Shown one piece after another: positions 36,979 through 46,992 of a stretch of DNA of 64,000 nucleotides; position 1 is the stretch's first letter, and each line of letters starts with the position of its first letter. The stretch is from contig JBGGNG010000186.1 in the NCBI GenBank assembly GCA_041287635.1, positions 13,211 to 77,210 on the forward strand. Direction: 5' to 3'. Both the position numbers and the translations under genes were made by a program. The DNA comes from Actinomycetota bacterium. Its GTDB lineage: Bacteria; Actinomycetota; UBA4738; HRBIN12. The notes below the pieces were generated by a model. The model searched no databases. It worked only from the letters and a program-made list of their open reading frames with translations, and was not told the DNA's origin.

Positions 36979-37638
36979 TCAGCCGTTGTGCATCGGGCCG
37001 TGATCGGTCTCCTCGTCGAACGTATTGCCCTCGGCCGGGATGGGTGTGGCCTTCAGGATGCGTGCGAGGTGCACGGTGTTGTGTGCCATCCACCGCGTCG
37101 TTCGCTGTGTGTATGCGTGATGCTCGCCGCCGGCCTCGATGTAGCTCGGGCCGGGGCCCGCGTCACCGACCCAGTAGGTGTCGGCGTTCGGCGGGATCGC
37201 GCACCCCAGGTGCGACAGGTTGAACAGCGTCGTCTCGGCCGCGGCGTGGGCGCCGTCCTCGTTGCCGGTCACGACGACGCACCCGACCTTGTTGTAGAGC
37301 GGGTACTGCCCAGCGGGGTTCCGTTCGTTGTACGTGCCGTCGAGCCGCTCGATCACCAACTGGGCGACCGAGCCCCGAACGCCGAACCAGATCGGCGTGC
37401 CGATGCAGATGATGTCGGCCGCCTTCACCTTCTCGAGGATCCGCGGCCACTCGTCGCCATGACCCTCGTCGGAGGTCACCCCGAAGCGCACGTGGAAGTC
37501 GGTGACGCGGACGATCTCGGTCTCCACGTCCATCGTGTCCCACCACGCCTTCACCTTCAGCATCAACGCCTCGGTGTTGGAGACCTCGGGGGCGTACTTC
37601 AGCGTGCAGTTCAGCATCACGGCCTTCAGGGCGGTCAT
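36979..37638 (-). CDS. Flavodoxin family / NADPH-dependent FMN reductase
   Basis: SNT, GDEWP, GTPIWFG, VTGNEDGAH, GPGPSY. Confidence 0.85.
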   Translation of the reverse strand: MTALKAVMLNCTLKYAPEVSNTEALMLKVKAWWDTMDVETEIVRVTDFHVRFGVTSDEGHGDEWPRILEKVKAADIICIGTPIWFGVRGSVAQLVIERLDGTYNERNPAGQYPLYNKVGCVVVTGNEDGAHAAAETTLFNLSHLGCAIPPNADTYWVGDAGPGPSYIEAGGEHHAYTQRTTRWMAHNTVHLARILKATPIPAEGNTFDEETDHGPMHNG

Positions 37639-37729
37639 CGCCTCTCCCTCGCTCGATCGACACGGATGACGTCATCCCCGCCGGGCTCACCGTTACACAC
37701 CGGTCGGGCCACCGTGACAGGATGCGCCC

Positions 37730-38995
37730 GTGCCCGGCTCACTCTCCCTCTCCGACGACGATCGGTCGGCGCTCGACGGCGAGCGGGGTGCCGCGGCACA
37801 GCTCGCGATGCGCATCCTCGTCCGCACGGCCGAGGCGATGGACGCGCGCGAGCTCCTCGACGTGACCTCCGCGCACGTCGACGGCTGCCTGTACCACGGT
37901 CGGGCCGGGCTGGACTTCGCGATGCGTCTCGCCGACGGCGGCGCCCGAGTCGCGATCCCGACGACGCTCAACGTCTCCTCGCTCGACTTACTCCACCCCG
38001 AGCTCGTGCATCTCGACCGCGACACCTCAGCCGAGGCTCGGTCGATGATGGACGCGTACGTGGCGATGGGCTGTAGCCCCACGTGGACCTGTGCGCCGTA
38101 CCAGCTGCCGGTACGACCCGCCCTCGGCGAACACATCGCCTGGGCCGAGTCGAACGCGATCGTCTTCGCCAACTCGGTGCTGGGGGCTCGTACGGGACGC
38201 TACGGGGACTTCATCGATATCTGCTGCGCGATCACCGGGCGCGCACCCGCTGCGGGCCTGCACCTCGACAGAGAACGGCTCGCGAGGACTGTGTTCCGGG
38301 TCGGCGCCCTTCCCGAGCCGCTGCTCGCCGACGAGGCCGCGTACGCCGCGATCGGGCACCTCGTCGGTCGCCGCACGGGCAACGCCGTCCCGGCGATCGT
38401 CGGCTTGCCTCCGACGACCACCGAGGACCACCTGAAGGCCCTCGGCGCGGCGGCGGCCTCCTCGGGCGCCGTCGCGATGTTCCACGCGGTCGGCGTGACC
38501 CCCGAGGCGCCGACGCTCGATGCGGCCACCGGTGACACGGACTCCCTGCTCGACATCGGCGTTGAGCTCGAGGACCTGCGGGCGGCGCGCGACGAGCTGT
38601 CGACCGTGGAGGTCGGCGCCGCCGTCGGGAGCGTAAGCCTGGGCACGCCGCACTGCTCCGTCGCCGAGCTCCGGCGCCTCGCCGAGCTCGTCGAAGGACG
38701 CAGGCTCGCGGTGCCGTGCTACGTGAACACCGGACGCGACGTGCTCGCCGAAGCGTCGCACGTCGCCGACGCGCTGCGGGCGTCGGGCGTGACGATCGTG
38801 ACCGACACCTGCACGTACATCACGCCGATCATCGAGCGCGCCGACACACCGGTCGTCACGAACTCCGGCAAGTGGGCCTGGTACGCGCCCGGCAACCTGG
38901 GCTTCGACGTCGCGTTCGCCACGCTCGAGGAGTGCGTCGATTCCGCCGTCTCGGGCCGCCTCGTTCGCGACCGGAGGGTCTGGGGCGATGCCTGA
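37730..38995 (+). CDS. Aconitase X catalytic subunit
   Basis: AHVDG, TCAPY, WAESNA...NSVLGART, GTPH, DTC, TNSGKWA.Y. Confidence 0.88.
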   Translation: MPGSLSLSDDDRSALDGERGAAAQLAMRILVRTAEAMDARELLDVTSAHVDGCLYHGRAGLDFAMRLADGGARVAIPTTLNVSSLDLLHPELVHLDRDTSAEARSMMDAYVAMGCSPTWTCAPYQLPVRPALGEHIAWAESNAIVFANSVLGARTGRYGDFIDICCAITGRAPAAGLHLDRERLARTVFRVGALPEPLLADEAAYAAIGHLVGRRTGNAVPAIVGLPPTTTEDHLKALGAAAASSGAVAMFHAVGVTPEAPTLDAATGDTDSLLDIGVELEDLRAARDELSTVEVGAAVGSVSLGTPHCSVAELRRLAELVEGRRLAVPCYVNTGRDVLAEASHVADALRASGVTIVTDTCTYITPIIERADTPVVTNSGKWAWYAPGNLGFDVAFATLEECVDSAVSGRLVRDRRVWGDA

Positions 38996-39401
38996 GGTCC
39001 CCGGCGCACGGGTGCTCGTGCCCGGCGTGGCCACGGGCGAGGTGCTCGTGCTCGACGAGCCACTCAGTTTCTGGGGTGGGCTCGATCCCGAGACCGGCAC
39101 GCTGATCGACAGCCATCATCCTCAGGCAGGCACGATGCTCGGTGGGAAGGTGCTCGTGATGCCGTCGGGCAGGGGGTCGAGCTCGAGCTCGTACGTGCTG
39201 GCCGAGGCGATCCGTGCCGGCACCGCGCCAGTGGCGGTGGTGCTCGGTGAGGCCGACGCGATGGTGGCCCTCGGGTCGATCGTGGCCGGCGAGCTGTACG
39301 GCATCGAGGTGCCCGTCGTGGTGTCGGCCGGAGCGGGGCTCGTCGCCGGATCGTCGGTCACGGTGCGGGCGACCACCGGCGGGAACGTCGACATCGCCTG
39401 A
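38988..39401 (+). CDS. Aconitase X swivel subunit (DUF126)
   Basis: LSFWGGLDPETG, HHP, GRGSSSSS. Confidence 0.88.
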   Translation: MPEVPGARVLVPGVATGEVLVLDEPLSFWGGLDPETGTLIDSHHPQAGTMLGGKVLVMPSGRGSSSSSYVLAEAIRAGTAPVAVVLGEADAMVALGSIVAGELYGIEVPVVVSAGAGLVAGSSVTVRATTGGNVDIA

Positions 39402-39437
39402 GTCCGGCGTTCGAGGGCACGCCGCTAGACTCGCCGC

Positions 39438-42400
39438 GTGGCGATCTCCTGTCCGAACTGCGGGGCGTCGAACGACGACGACGCACGGTTCTGCGCCAGC
39501 TGCGGCTCCCCGCTCGGCGTGCGATGCCCGTCGTGCGGAGCCGAGGCGCCGCCGCAGGCTCGCTTCTGCCCGTCGTGCGGCTGGCCGCTCGGCGCCGCCT
39601 CACCCGCCGGCCCTCCCCTCGAGGAGCGGCGGCTCGTGACGATCGTCTTCGCCGACCTCGCCGGATTCACCGAGCACAGCGACCAGGCCGACCCCGAGGA
39701 CGTCCGCGGCATCCTGGTGCCGTTCCACGCGGTCGCGAAGGAGGAGATCGAGCGGTTCGGGGGCACGCTCGACAAGTTCATCGGCGACGCCGCGATGGGT
39801 GTCTTCGGCGCCCCGATGGCCCATGAGGACGACCCCGAGCGAGCGGTGCGAGCCGCCCTCGCGATCCGTGAACGCGTGCGCGAGGGCAACCTGCCGGTGC
39901 GCATCGCGGTGCAGACGGGCGAGGCGCTCGTCACGTTCGGGGAGGGTCCAACGGTCGGGGAACGAGTCGCCGGCGACGTCGTCAACACCGCCTCGAGGCT
40001 GCAGTCGTTCGCACCCGAGGGCTCGGTGATCGTCGGGGAACCCACCGAGCGGGCGACCCGCCACGTCGTGGTCTACGAGCCGCTGCCCGCGACACGGGTG
40101 AAGGGCAAGGCCGAGCCCCTCGTGGCGTTCGTGGCGGTGGCCGTGCGCGCCGACACCCCCGAGCGGGAGGAGGATGACCCTCCTCCGTTCGTCGGTCGGA
40201 TCCGAGAACGGGAGCTGCTGCACGACCTGCTGGAGCGCACGATCGGCGACCGCACGCCGCGCCTGGTCTCGGTCGTGGGCGAGCCCGGTATCGGCAAGAC
40301 GCGGCTCGTGCTCGATCTGAACGATCATCTTCGGTCCGGCCATGACGGCGTCGGCTGGCATCGCGGCCGCTGCCGTCCCTTCGGGGAGTCCATCACCTAC
40401 GCCGCCCTCGACGAGGTGGTGCGATCGATCGCGGGCATCCCGCCGAACGCGGCGGGCGACGGGCTCCGGGCTGCTCTCGACGTCGATCTCGGCGAACTCG
40501 ACCTGAACACGGAGGACCGGGAGTGGCTGGCAACACGGCTGCGTCCGCTCATCGGGCTGCCCGGCGGCGACGACACGCCAGCCGACGTCGACGAGATGTT
40601 CACGGCGTGGGCACGCTACCTCGAGTCGGCTGCGGAACGCCGGCCTCTCACGATCGTCGTCGAGGATCTGCACTGGGCGGACGACGCCTTGCTCGGGTTC
40701 CTCGAGCGGCTGATGGAACGCGCGCCCGACGTTCCGCTGTTCCTGCTGTGCACGGCCCGGCCGGAGCTGTTCGCCCGTCGTCCCGGGTGGGCCGCGGGCG
40801 TGGCGAACGCGACGACGATCTCGCTCTCGCCGCTCACCGATCCCGAGATGTCCGAGCTGCTCGGCTCGCTGCTGCTGCGATCCGTGATGTCGACCGACGA
40901 GAGCGATGTGCTCCTCCGTCGTGCCGGGGGCAATCCTCTCTACGCCAGGGAGTTCGTGCTCATGCTGCAGGACCAGGGCGAGCACGGACGAACGATCGGG
41001 TCCGACCTCGGTGGGCCGGGCGGCGTCGGGGTGCCGGACACGGTGCAGGCGCTGATCGCGGCGCGCCTCGACTCGCTGGAGACCCCCGAGCGAGTGCTGC
41101 TCCAGGCCGCCTCGGTGATCGGCGACCGCTTCTGGCGCGGAGCGCTCGTCGCGCTCGAGCCTGACCCCTCGGACCTGGACGCGTCGGTCCACGTCCTCCA
41201 ACGGCGGGGCCTCATCAGGCGCTCCTCGACGAGCGCGATCGAAGGAGAGGCCGAGTTCTCGTTCGCGCACGCGTTGATCCGCGACGTGGCGTATGGACGC
41301 CTCCCGAGGGCGTCCCGGTCGCGGCTGCATCGGGACATGACGACGTGGCTCGCCACCGTGCAGGACGCCGGCCTGGCTTCGAGATCGGACCTGCTCGCGT
41401 CGCACGCCACGCGAGCCCTCGAGCTGGCTCGGGCCGCCGGCCTCGATGACGAGCTGCCCCAGCTCGAGGCAACGGCCCTGCGCTGCCTCGTGCTCGCCGG
41501 TGACCGGCAGCAGTCGCTCGACGCGGCCCGTGCCGCCGGGTACTACCGGCAGGCGCTCGCGTTGGCTCCTCCCGGCACCGAGCGCGCCGAGATCCGTCGT
41601 ACCGCGACGAGCCTCGGCTGGCGTTCCGGCGGCATGACGAGCGATGCCGCGCTCGAGGAGTATCGGACCGCCCAGTGGGAGGCGATGGAGGCGGGCGATC
41701 GACGTCTCGCCGCTCGTGTGCTGCGGCGGATCTACTTCCAGCTCGGCCTCCGAGGCGAGACCGGGGCCGCGCACCAGGCCCTCCAGGAGGGCATCGCCCT
41801 CGTCGAGGACGACCCCGACGGCCGCGAGGTCCTGTCGGAGCTCTACGCCTGCCGGGCCGAGGCCGAGATGTTCGCCGGTCGATCCGGAGAGTCGCTGCGG
41901 TGGGCCGAGCGCGCCCTCGAGCTGCCGCGCAGTGAGACGGTGACCCTGATGGCGCTGCATCTGCGTGGGAACGCGCGGTGCGAGACCGGTGACCTCGGGG
42001 GCGTTGACGACCTCCGGAAGGCGCTCGACGTCGCCGAGGCATCCGGCGTGGCGATCGACATCGTCACGTCGTACTCCTACCTGCTCGAATGGGTCGGCCT
42101 CGAAGACGGACCCGCGACCGGCCTGCCGATGAACCGCGCCACGGTCGACCTCTGCCGGCGCCGAGGCATCGAGGGGCAAGGGATGTGGACGCGCGCCGAG
42201 GGGTTCTGGCTGCGGTTCGACGCGGGGCTCTGGGACGAGCTGCTCGATGAGACGAGCGACCTCTCCGAGTGGGCGGCCGCGCATGGAGACACGCAGATCG
42301 CCACCGTGGCCGACCTCTACAGAGCGCGGGTGCTGGCTCATCGGGGGCCTGTGGAGGCCGCGGTCGAGCTCGCCGAGAGGTTCGTGCCGGCCGCCCGCCA

Positions 42401-42887
42401 GATCGAAGATCTTCAGGTGCTGGCACCCGCACTGATCGTGACCGTCGCGGCGCATGCCGCGGCGGGTGACACGGCGCGCTCGGTGGCCTTCGCCGAGGAG
42501 TTCGATGCCGCGACGGGCCGGGGTCCGACGGAGTACCGCGAGCTGTACCTGCCCGAGGTCGTCCGCGCATTGTTGACGGCGGGCAGACCCGACCTGGCGA
42601 CGAGCATCGTGGGCGACCGGCCCGTGCACGTGCGACGCACGCGCCTCGCCGTGGCGTCCTCTCACGCACTGCTCGCCGAGGCGCGGGGAGAGCGGGAGTC
42701 GGCCACCGCGAGCTTCCGTGAGCTCGCCTCGGGCTGGGAAGCGTGGGGTGGCCGTTTCGAGCAGGCGCACGCCCTTGCGGGGTTGGCCCGATCGCTCGGG
42801 ACGACGGGCGAGACCGAGGAAGCGACCACGGCCGCGACGAAGGCCGAAGGCATCTTCGACCACCTCGGGGTCGCCCGTCGCGGATGA
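39438..42887 (+). CDS. Adenylate/guanylate cyclase with double zinc ribbon, AAA ATPase and TPR-like region
   Basis: Four CxxC motifs, FADLAGFT, KFIGDA, GDVVNTASRL, GEPGIGKT, EDLHWAD, GGNPLY. Confidence 0.92.
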   Translation: MAISCPNCGASNDDDARFCASCGSPLGVRCPSCGAEAPPQARFCPSCGWPLGAASPAGPPLEERRLVTIVFADLAGFTEHSDQADPEDVRGILVPFHAVAKEEIERFGGTLDKFIGDAAMGVFGAPMAHEDDPERAVRAALAIRERVREGNLPVRIAVQTGEALVTFGEGPTVGERVAGDVVNTASRLQSFAPEGSVIVGEPTERATRHVVVYEPLPATRVKGKAEPLVAFVAVAVRADTPEREEDDPPPFVGRIRERELLHDLLERTIGDRTPRLVSVVGEPGIGKTRLVLDLNDHLRSGHDGVGWHRGRCRPFGESITYAALDEVVRSIAGIPPNAAGDGLRAALDVDLGELDLNTEDREWLATRLRPLIGLPGGDDTPADVDEMFTAWARYLESAAERRPLTIVVEDLHWADDALLGFLERLMERAPDVPLFLLCTARPELFARRPGWAAGVANATTISLSPLTDPEMSELLGSLLLRSVMSTDESDVLLRRAGGNPLYAREFVLMLQDQGEHGRTIGSDLGGPGGVGVPDTVQALIAARLDSLETPERVLLQAASVIGDRFWRGALVALEPDPSDLDASVHVLQRRGLIRRSSTSAIEGEAEFSFAHALIRDVAYGRLPRASRSRLHRDMTTWLATVQDAGLASRSDLLASHATRALELARAAGLDDELPQLEATALRCLVLAGDRQQSLDAARAAGYYRQALALAPPGTERAEIRRTATSLGWRSGGMTSDAALEEYRTAQWEAMEAGDRRLAARVLRRIYFQLGLRGETGAAHQALQEGIALVEDDPDGREVLSELYACRAEAEMFAGRSGESLRWAERALELPRSETVTLMALHLRGNARCETGDLGGVDDLRKALDVAEASGVAIDIVTSYSYLLEWVGLEDGPATGLPMNRATVDLCRRRGIEGQGMWTRAEGFWLRFDAGLWDELLDETSDLSEWAAAHGDTQIATVADLYRARVLAHRGPVEAAVELAERFVPAARQIEDLQVLAPALIVTVAAHAAAGDTARSVAFAEEFDAATGRGPTEYRELYLPEVVRALLTAGRPDLATSIVGDRPVHVRRTRLAVASSHALLAEARGERESATASFRELASGWEAWGGRFEQAHALAGLARSLGTTGETEEATTAATKAEGIFDHLGVARRG

Positions 42888-42889
42888 GG

Positions 42890-42913
42890 CGGTCCGCGCC
42901 AAGGCGCGGACCG
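42890..42913. terminator. GC-rich hairpin between the convergent cyclase gene and ssrA
   Basis: cggtccgcgcc-aa-ggcgcggaccg, perfect 11-bp inverted repeat. Confidence 0.7.
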
Positions 42914-42924
42914 ACTCGATGGGA

Positions 42925-43273
42925 TGGTGGAGGTGAGGGGATTCGAACCCCTGTCTCTCGGCGACCACTCGGGTCTTCTCCGGGCGCAGCCAGGCGGTGA
43001 GATCTCGCCTCAGGGCTCCCACCGGCAGAGTTCCCTTCGGCCAGCCTCGGTGCGATGTCCCCCGCCGGCCCCGAGGCCGAACCGGCGGAGTGAGTCTGCT
43101 CACGACGCCCTTCCCCCGGTCGCAGACGTCCCGGGGGGGACGGCTACCGCTTAGGCAGCGAGCGCGTACTCTTCGTTGGCGCTTGTGTGTTGTCCGGCGT
43201 TTAACGTGACATCCGGGATCACGGCCCGCTTCCCCCGAGCGATGAACGCCCAGATCGAAGCCAGTACACCCCC
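42925..43273 (-). ncRNA. ssrA: tmRNA; tag (A)ANEEYALAA at 43180-43151
   Basis: 5' GGGGGTG pairs with CACCTCC-ACCA 3' including a G3-U pair; T-loop GTTCGAATCC; tag ends YALAA-TAA; smpB nearby. Confidence 0.96.
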
Positions 43274-43292
43274 ATATGCAGTTGTCACCCCG

Positions 43293-43298
43293 AGTATA
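43293..43298 (-). promoter_or_regulatory. -10 element (TATACT) of ssrA
   Basis: TATACT about 20 nt upstream of the mature 5' end. Confidence 0.55.
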
Positions 43299-43342
43299 CG
43301 GCCCGCCTGCGACCGACCTGAAGCCCCCGGACCCGAGGGCCG

Positions 43343-44779
43343 TCAGACGCCGTCCGCGAGCACCCGGGCGCCCAGCTCCCGAGTGACGTCGACGGCGAGA
43401 TCGACGTCCTGCTCGCGGATGCGCCAGTTCGTGATCGCCGGGCGCAGCGCCACGACCCCGCCGTAGGTGGTCGTGCCGAACGCCACGCGGCCGTCCTCGA
43501 CCACCGCCGCGCCGAGGCGCCGGTTCAGGGCGTCGAGACGATCCTCGGACACGCCCTCGGGCCGGTAGCGGAAGCACACGATGTTCAACGGCACGTCGGC
43601 GAGCCGCTCGAGGTCGGACGCGGCGTCGACGCGGGCCGCCATGCGTTGGGCGAGGTCGAGGTGGCGCTCCACGATCGCGCGGTACCCCTCGCGACCGTAC
43701 GCGCGCAACGTCGCCCACACGGGGAAGGCCCGTGCCCGGCGCGACATCTCCGGCCCCAGGTAGCCCCAGTTCGGACGCGGGCCGTCGAGGCCGGGGAGGT
43801 ACGCGGCGCCGCTGCCGAAGATCGCGGGCAGGAGCGACGGATCCCGGACGAACGCGAACCCGGACTCGTAGGGTACGTTCAGCCACTTGTGGCCGTCGGC
43901 GATCGCCGAGTCGGCCCGCTCCACGCCCGCCACCAGGTGCCGGGTGCGCTCGGAGACGGCGGCGAACAGTCCGAACGCACCGTCGACGTGCAGCCACGCG
44001 CCGTGACGCTCGGCCAGATCAGCCATCGCGTCGATCGGGTCGAAGTCGCCCGCGTTCACCTCACCGGCGCTGGCGATCACCACGGCGGGAGCGCCTCCGA
44101 GCGCCGCGAGCTCCCGATCGAGGGCGTCGAGGTCAAGCCGCCCGACCGGATCGCGCGCGAGCTTGCGAACGCTCGACCGGCCGAGTCCCAGCATCGCCAG
44201 CGCCTTCACGTCGCTCGCATGCACGTACCCGGATCCGAACACGGGCATCGGTGGGAGGCCCGCCGCGCCGTGCTCGTCGATGTCGATGCCGTGCTCGAGC
44301 GCCCACCAGCGCCGCGCACACGCGAGCGCGGTGAAGTTCGCCATCGTGGCTCCCGTCGTGAGCACGCCTCCCCATGTCTGCGGCAGACCGAAGAGGGATC
44401 GCAGCCACCGCAACACGACGAGCTCGATCTGACCACCGAGTGGCGAGGCGACCCACGCGCCCGGGTTCTGGTCGAGCACGGTCGTAAGCCAGTCGGCACC
44501 GAGCGCGGCCGGCGTCGTGCCCCCCGTGATGAAGTGGAACCAGCGCGGCCCCGATGTGTGCACCGCCCCGCCGAGCCCCGCGAGGAGCTCGCGAAGGGCT
44601 TGCTCGGCGCCCTCGCCTCGTTCGGGCAACGGCGCGTCGAACGAGGCGGCGACCGACTCCACTGCGGCGTCGCGCACCCGCAGTTCGTCGAGGGCCCCGA
44701 GGTAGGTCGCGGCTTCCTTCGCCAGCAGGGCGATCACGGGGTCGATCTCGTCGGTGCGGGGCGCGGTGGACTCGATCAT
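43343..44779 (-). CDS. Group II PLP-dependent decarboxylase
   Basis: TTGATMAN, HAS, HVDGAFG, DGHKWLNVPY, SRRAR. Confidence 0.9.
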   Translation of the reverse strand: MIESTAPRTDEIDPVIALLAKEAATYLGALDELRVRDAAVESVAASFDAPLPERGEGAEQALRELLAGLGGAVHTSGPRWFHFITGGTTPAALGADWLTTVLDQNPGAWVASPLGGQIELVVLRWLRSLFGLPQTWGGVLTTGATMANFTALACARRWWALEHGIDIDEHGAAGLPPMPVFGSGYVHASDVKALAMLGLGRSSVRKLARDPVGRLDLDALDRELAALGGAPAVVIASAGEVNAGDFDPIDAMADLAERHGAWLHVDGAFGLFAAVSERTRHLVAGVERADSAIADGHKWLNVPYESGFAFVRDPSLLPAIFGSGAAYLPGLDGPRPNWGYLGPEMSRRARAFPVWATLRAYGREGYRAIVERHLDLAQRMAARVDAASDLERLADVPLNIVCFRYRPEGVSEDRLDALNRRLGAAVVEDGRVAFGTTTYGGVVALRPAITNWRIREQDVDLAVDVTRELGARVLADGV

Positions 44780-44822
44780 CGTCCGATGGTAGCCGCACAC
44801 GAGTCGCGCGCAGCTGCGACGG

Positions 44823-45299
44823 TCAGCGGCGGCGGCCGAGCTCCTGAGCGATCTCGCGCTCCTGCTCCCGCTTCGCGATCGACTGTCGCTTCTCGTGCTC
44901 CCGCTTGCCTCGCGCGACCCCGATCTCGACCTTCGCCATGCCGTGGGTGAAGTACACGCGCAGCGGCACGAGCGCGAGGCGCTGCTCCTGCTGCTCGGCG
45001 CCGAGCTTCTCGATCTCGCGGCGATGCAGCAGCAGCTTGCGGGGGCGGGTCGGCAGGTGCCGCCGCTTGTCGCCCTGCTCGTACGGCGGCACGTGCATGC
45101 CCTCGAGCCAGACCTCACCGTCGCGCACCCGAGCGTACGCCTCGGTGAGCGATGCGCGCCCTCCGCGAAGCGACTTCACCTCGTCGCCGGTCAGCACGAT
45201 GCCGCACTCCAGCGTCTCGAGGATCTGGTAATCGTGGCGAGCCTTGCGGTTCGAGGCGACGACCTTCTCGTCCGGGTCACCGTGCTTCTGAGGGGTCAC
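44823..45299 (-). CDS. smpB: SsrA-binding protein
   Basis: NRKARHDY, G.EVKSLR, RKLLLHRREI, GKREHEKR. Confidence 0.97.
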   Translation of the reverse strand: MTPQKHGDPDEKVVASNRKARHDYQILETLECGIVLTGDEVKSLRGGRASLTEAYARVRDGEVWLEGMHVPPYEQGDKRRHLPTRPRKLLLHRREIEKLGAEQQEQRLALVPLRVYFTHGMAKVEIGVARGKREHEKRQSIAKREQEREIAQELGRRR

Positions 45300-45311
45300 G
45301 GCTCGCTCGCC

Positions 45312-46223
45312 TCAGACGTCGAGGAACCGGCGCATGCCGATCGTGCCCGCGATCACGGCCACCGCCACCGCCGCGATCAGGATCCAGGGGGCGACCGCCA
45401 GCACGTCGGCGTTGCGGATCAGCGGGAAGAACTGCAGCTGGCCACGGAGCTGGTCGATGAAGAACACCTTGATCACGAACAGAGCGGCGAGCGCCGCGAT
45501 CGCGCCGATCAGCGCCTCGACGAGTCCCTCGATCAGGAACGGCACGCGGATGCGCCAGTTCGTGGCGCCGACGAGCCTCATGATGCCGATCTCCTTGCGG
45601 CGCGCGAACATGCCCATGCGCAGCGTGTTCGCGACGAGCGCGATCGCCGACGCGAGCATGATCACGGCGATCGAGAGCACCCCGATCGAGAGCACCCTCG
45701 TGATCGCGGTCAGTCGGTCGAGCAGGTCGCGATAGTCCGAGACGTCGCGCACCCCCGGTTCCGTGCACTGGATCTCCTGGGTGGTGCCGTCAGCCTCGCA
45801 GCCGAGCGCCGCGGTGATCTGATCGAACTGCGAGGGGTCGGCGAGGTTGATGCGCAGCGACGTCGGGATCGCCTTCTCGCAATCGACGCCCTCCTGGAAG
45901 ACCTCCTGGTTCTCGAACAGCCGATCGAACGCAGCGCAGGTCTCTTCCTTGTCCCAGTACTCGATCGACCCGACCGCCGGGAGCTCCTGCAGGGTCGTCT
46001 GGATGCGCGTGACCGTGTCGTCGCGCACTGGGTCGGTGAGGTACACAGCGACCTGCACGTTCCCGGTCCACGCCTCGATCACGAGGTTGAACTGACGGGC
46101 GATCAGCAGCGCGAGCCCGAACAGGAACAGCGCGATGAACGCCGTCGACATCGCCGCGAACGCGACGATGCCGTTGCGCCGCAGCCCGGCGGCCGTCTCG
46201 CGGAAGTAATACTCGAGCCGCAT
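45312..46223 (-). CDS. ftsX: Cell division permease FtsX
   Basis: GLRRN, NTLRM..FARRKEIGIMRLVGAT..IRVPFLIEG. Confidence 0.95.
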   Translation of the reverse strand: MRLEYYFRETAAGLRRNGIVAFAAMSTAFIALFLFGLALLIARQFNLVIEAWTGNVQVAVYLTDPVRDDTVTRIQTTLQELPAVGSIEYWDKEETCAAFDRLFENQEVFQEGVDCEKAIPTSLRINLADPSQFDQITAALGCEADGTTQEIQCTEPGVRDVSDYRDLLDRLTAITRVLSIGVLSIAVIMLASAIALVANTLRMGMFARRKEIGIMRLVGATNWRIRVPFLIEGLVEALIGAIAALAALFVIKVFFIDQLRGQLQFFPLIRNADVLAVAPWILIAAVAVAVIAGTIGMRRFLDV

Positions 46224-46900
46224 CAGCTGTAGACGCCCCGCGACTGGTCGCGCACCACGTGGCCTTTGTCGAGCTCGATCACGCGCTTGCGCATCGCATC
46301 GACGATCGCCTGGTCGTGGGTGGCCATGACCACCGTGGTGCCGATGCGGTTCACTTTGTCGAGCAGGCGCATGATGTCGACGCTCGTGGCGGGGTCGAGG
46401 TTCCCGGTGGGCTCGTCGGCGAGCAGCACCAGCGGACGGTTCACGCAGGCGCGCGCGATCGACACCCGTTGCTGCTCTCCACCCGACAGCTCATCGGGGT
46501 AGTTGTTGAGTTTGTCCCCCAGGCCCACGTACTCCAAGATCTCGGGCACGCGTTGGTCGATCACGTGCTTCTGCTTGCCGATCACCTCGAGGCCGAACGC
46601 GACGTTGTCGAAGACCGTCTTGTCGGTGAGCAGCTTGTAGTCCTGGAAGACGGTTCCGACGTTGCGGCGGAGCTTCGGCACGTCCCACGAGGACATCTTG
46701 CCGAGGTTCTTGCCGCCGACGTAGATGTCGCCCTTGGTCGCCTCTTCCTCCTTGAGGAGCAGCCGGATCATCGTGGACTTACCCGATCCGGACTGCCCGA
46801 CGATGAAGACGAACTCGCCCTTCTCGACCTCGACGGTGACGTCGGTGAGGGCGGTGACACCGTTCTTGTAGGTCTTCGTGACACGCTGAAGACTGATCAT
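46223..46900 (-). CDS. ftsE: Cell division ATPase FtsE
   Basis: [44 protein letters not shown]. Confidence 0.96.
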   Translation of the reverse strand: MISLQRVTKTYKNGVTALTDVTVEVEKGEFVFIVGQSGSGKSTMIRLLLKEEEATKGDIYVGGKNLGKMSSWDVPKLRRNVGTVFQDYKLLTDKTVFDNVAFGLEVIGKQKHVIDQRVPEILEYVGLGDKLNNYPDELSGGEQQRVSIARACVNRPLVLLADEPTGNLDPATSVDIMRLLDKVNRIGTTVVMATHDQAIVDAMRKRVIELDKGHVVRDQSRGVYS

Positions 46901-46992
46901 CTGGACCTCAGGAGAGTGGGGAAGGGCGAACCCGGTCACCCTACCAGACGTCCTCGGCGCGGCCGGGAGCGGACTCCGTAAGCTTGGGCGCC

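Noticed and set aside
42925-42960. tRNA gene or prophage att site
   Set aside because: It is the tRNA-like 3' end of tmRNA; no duplicate copy or integrase in the window
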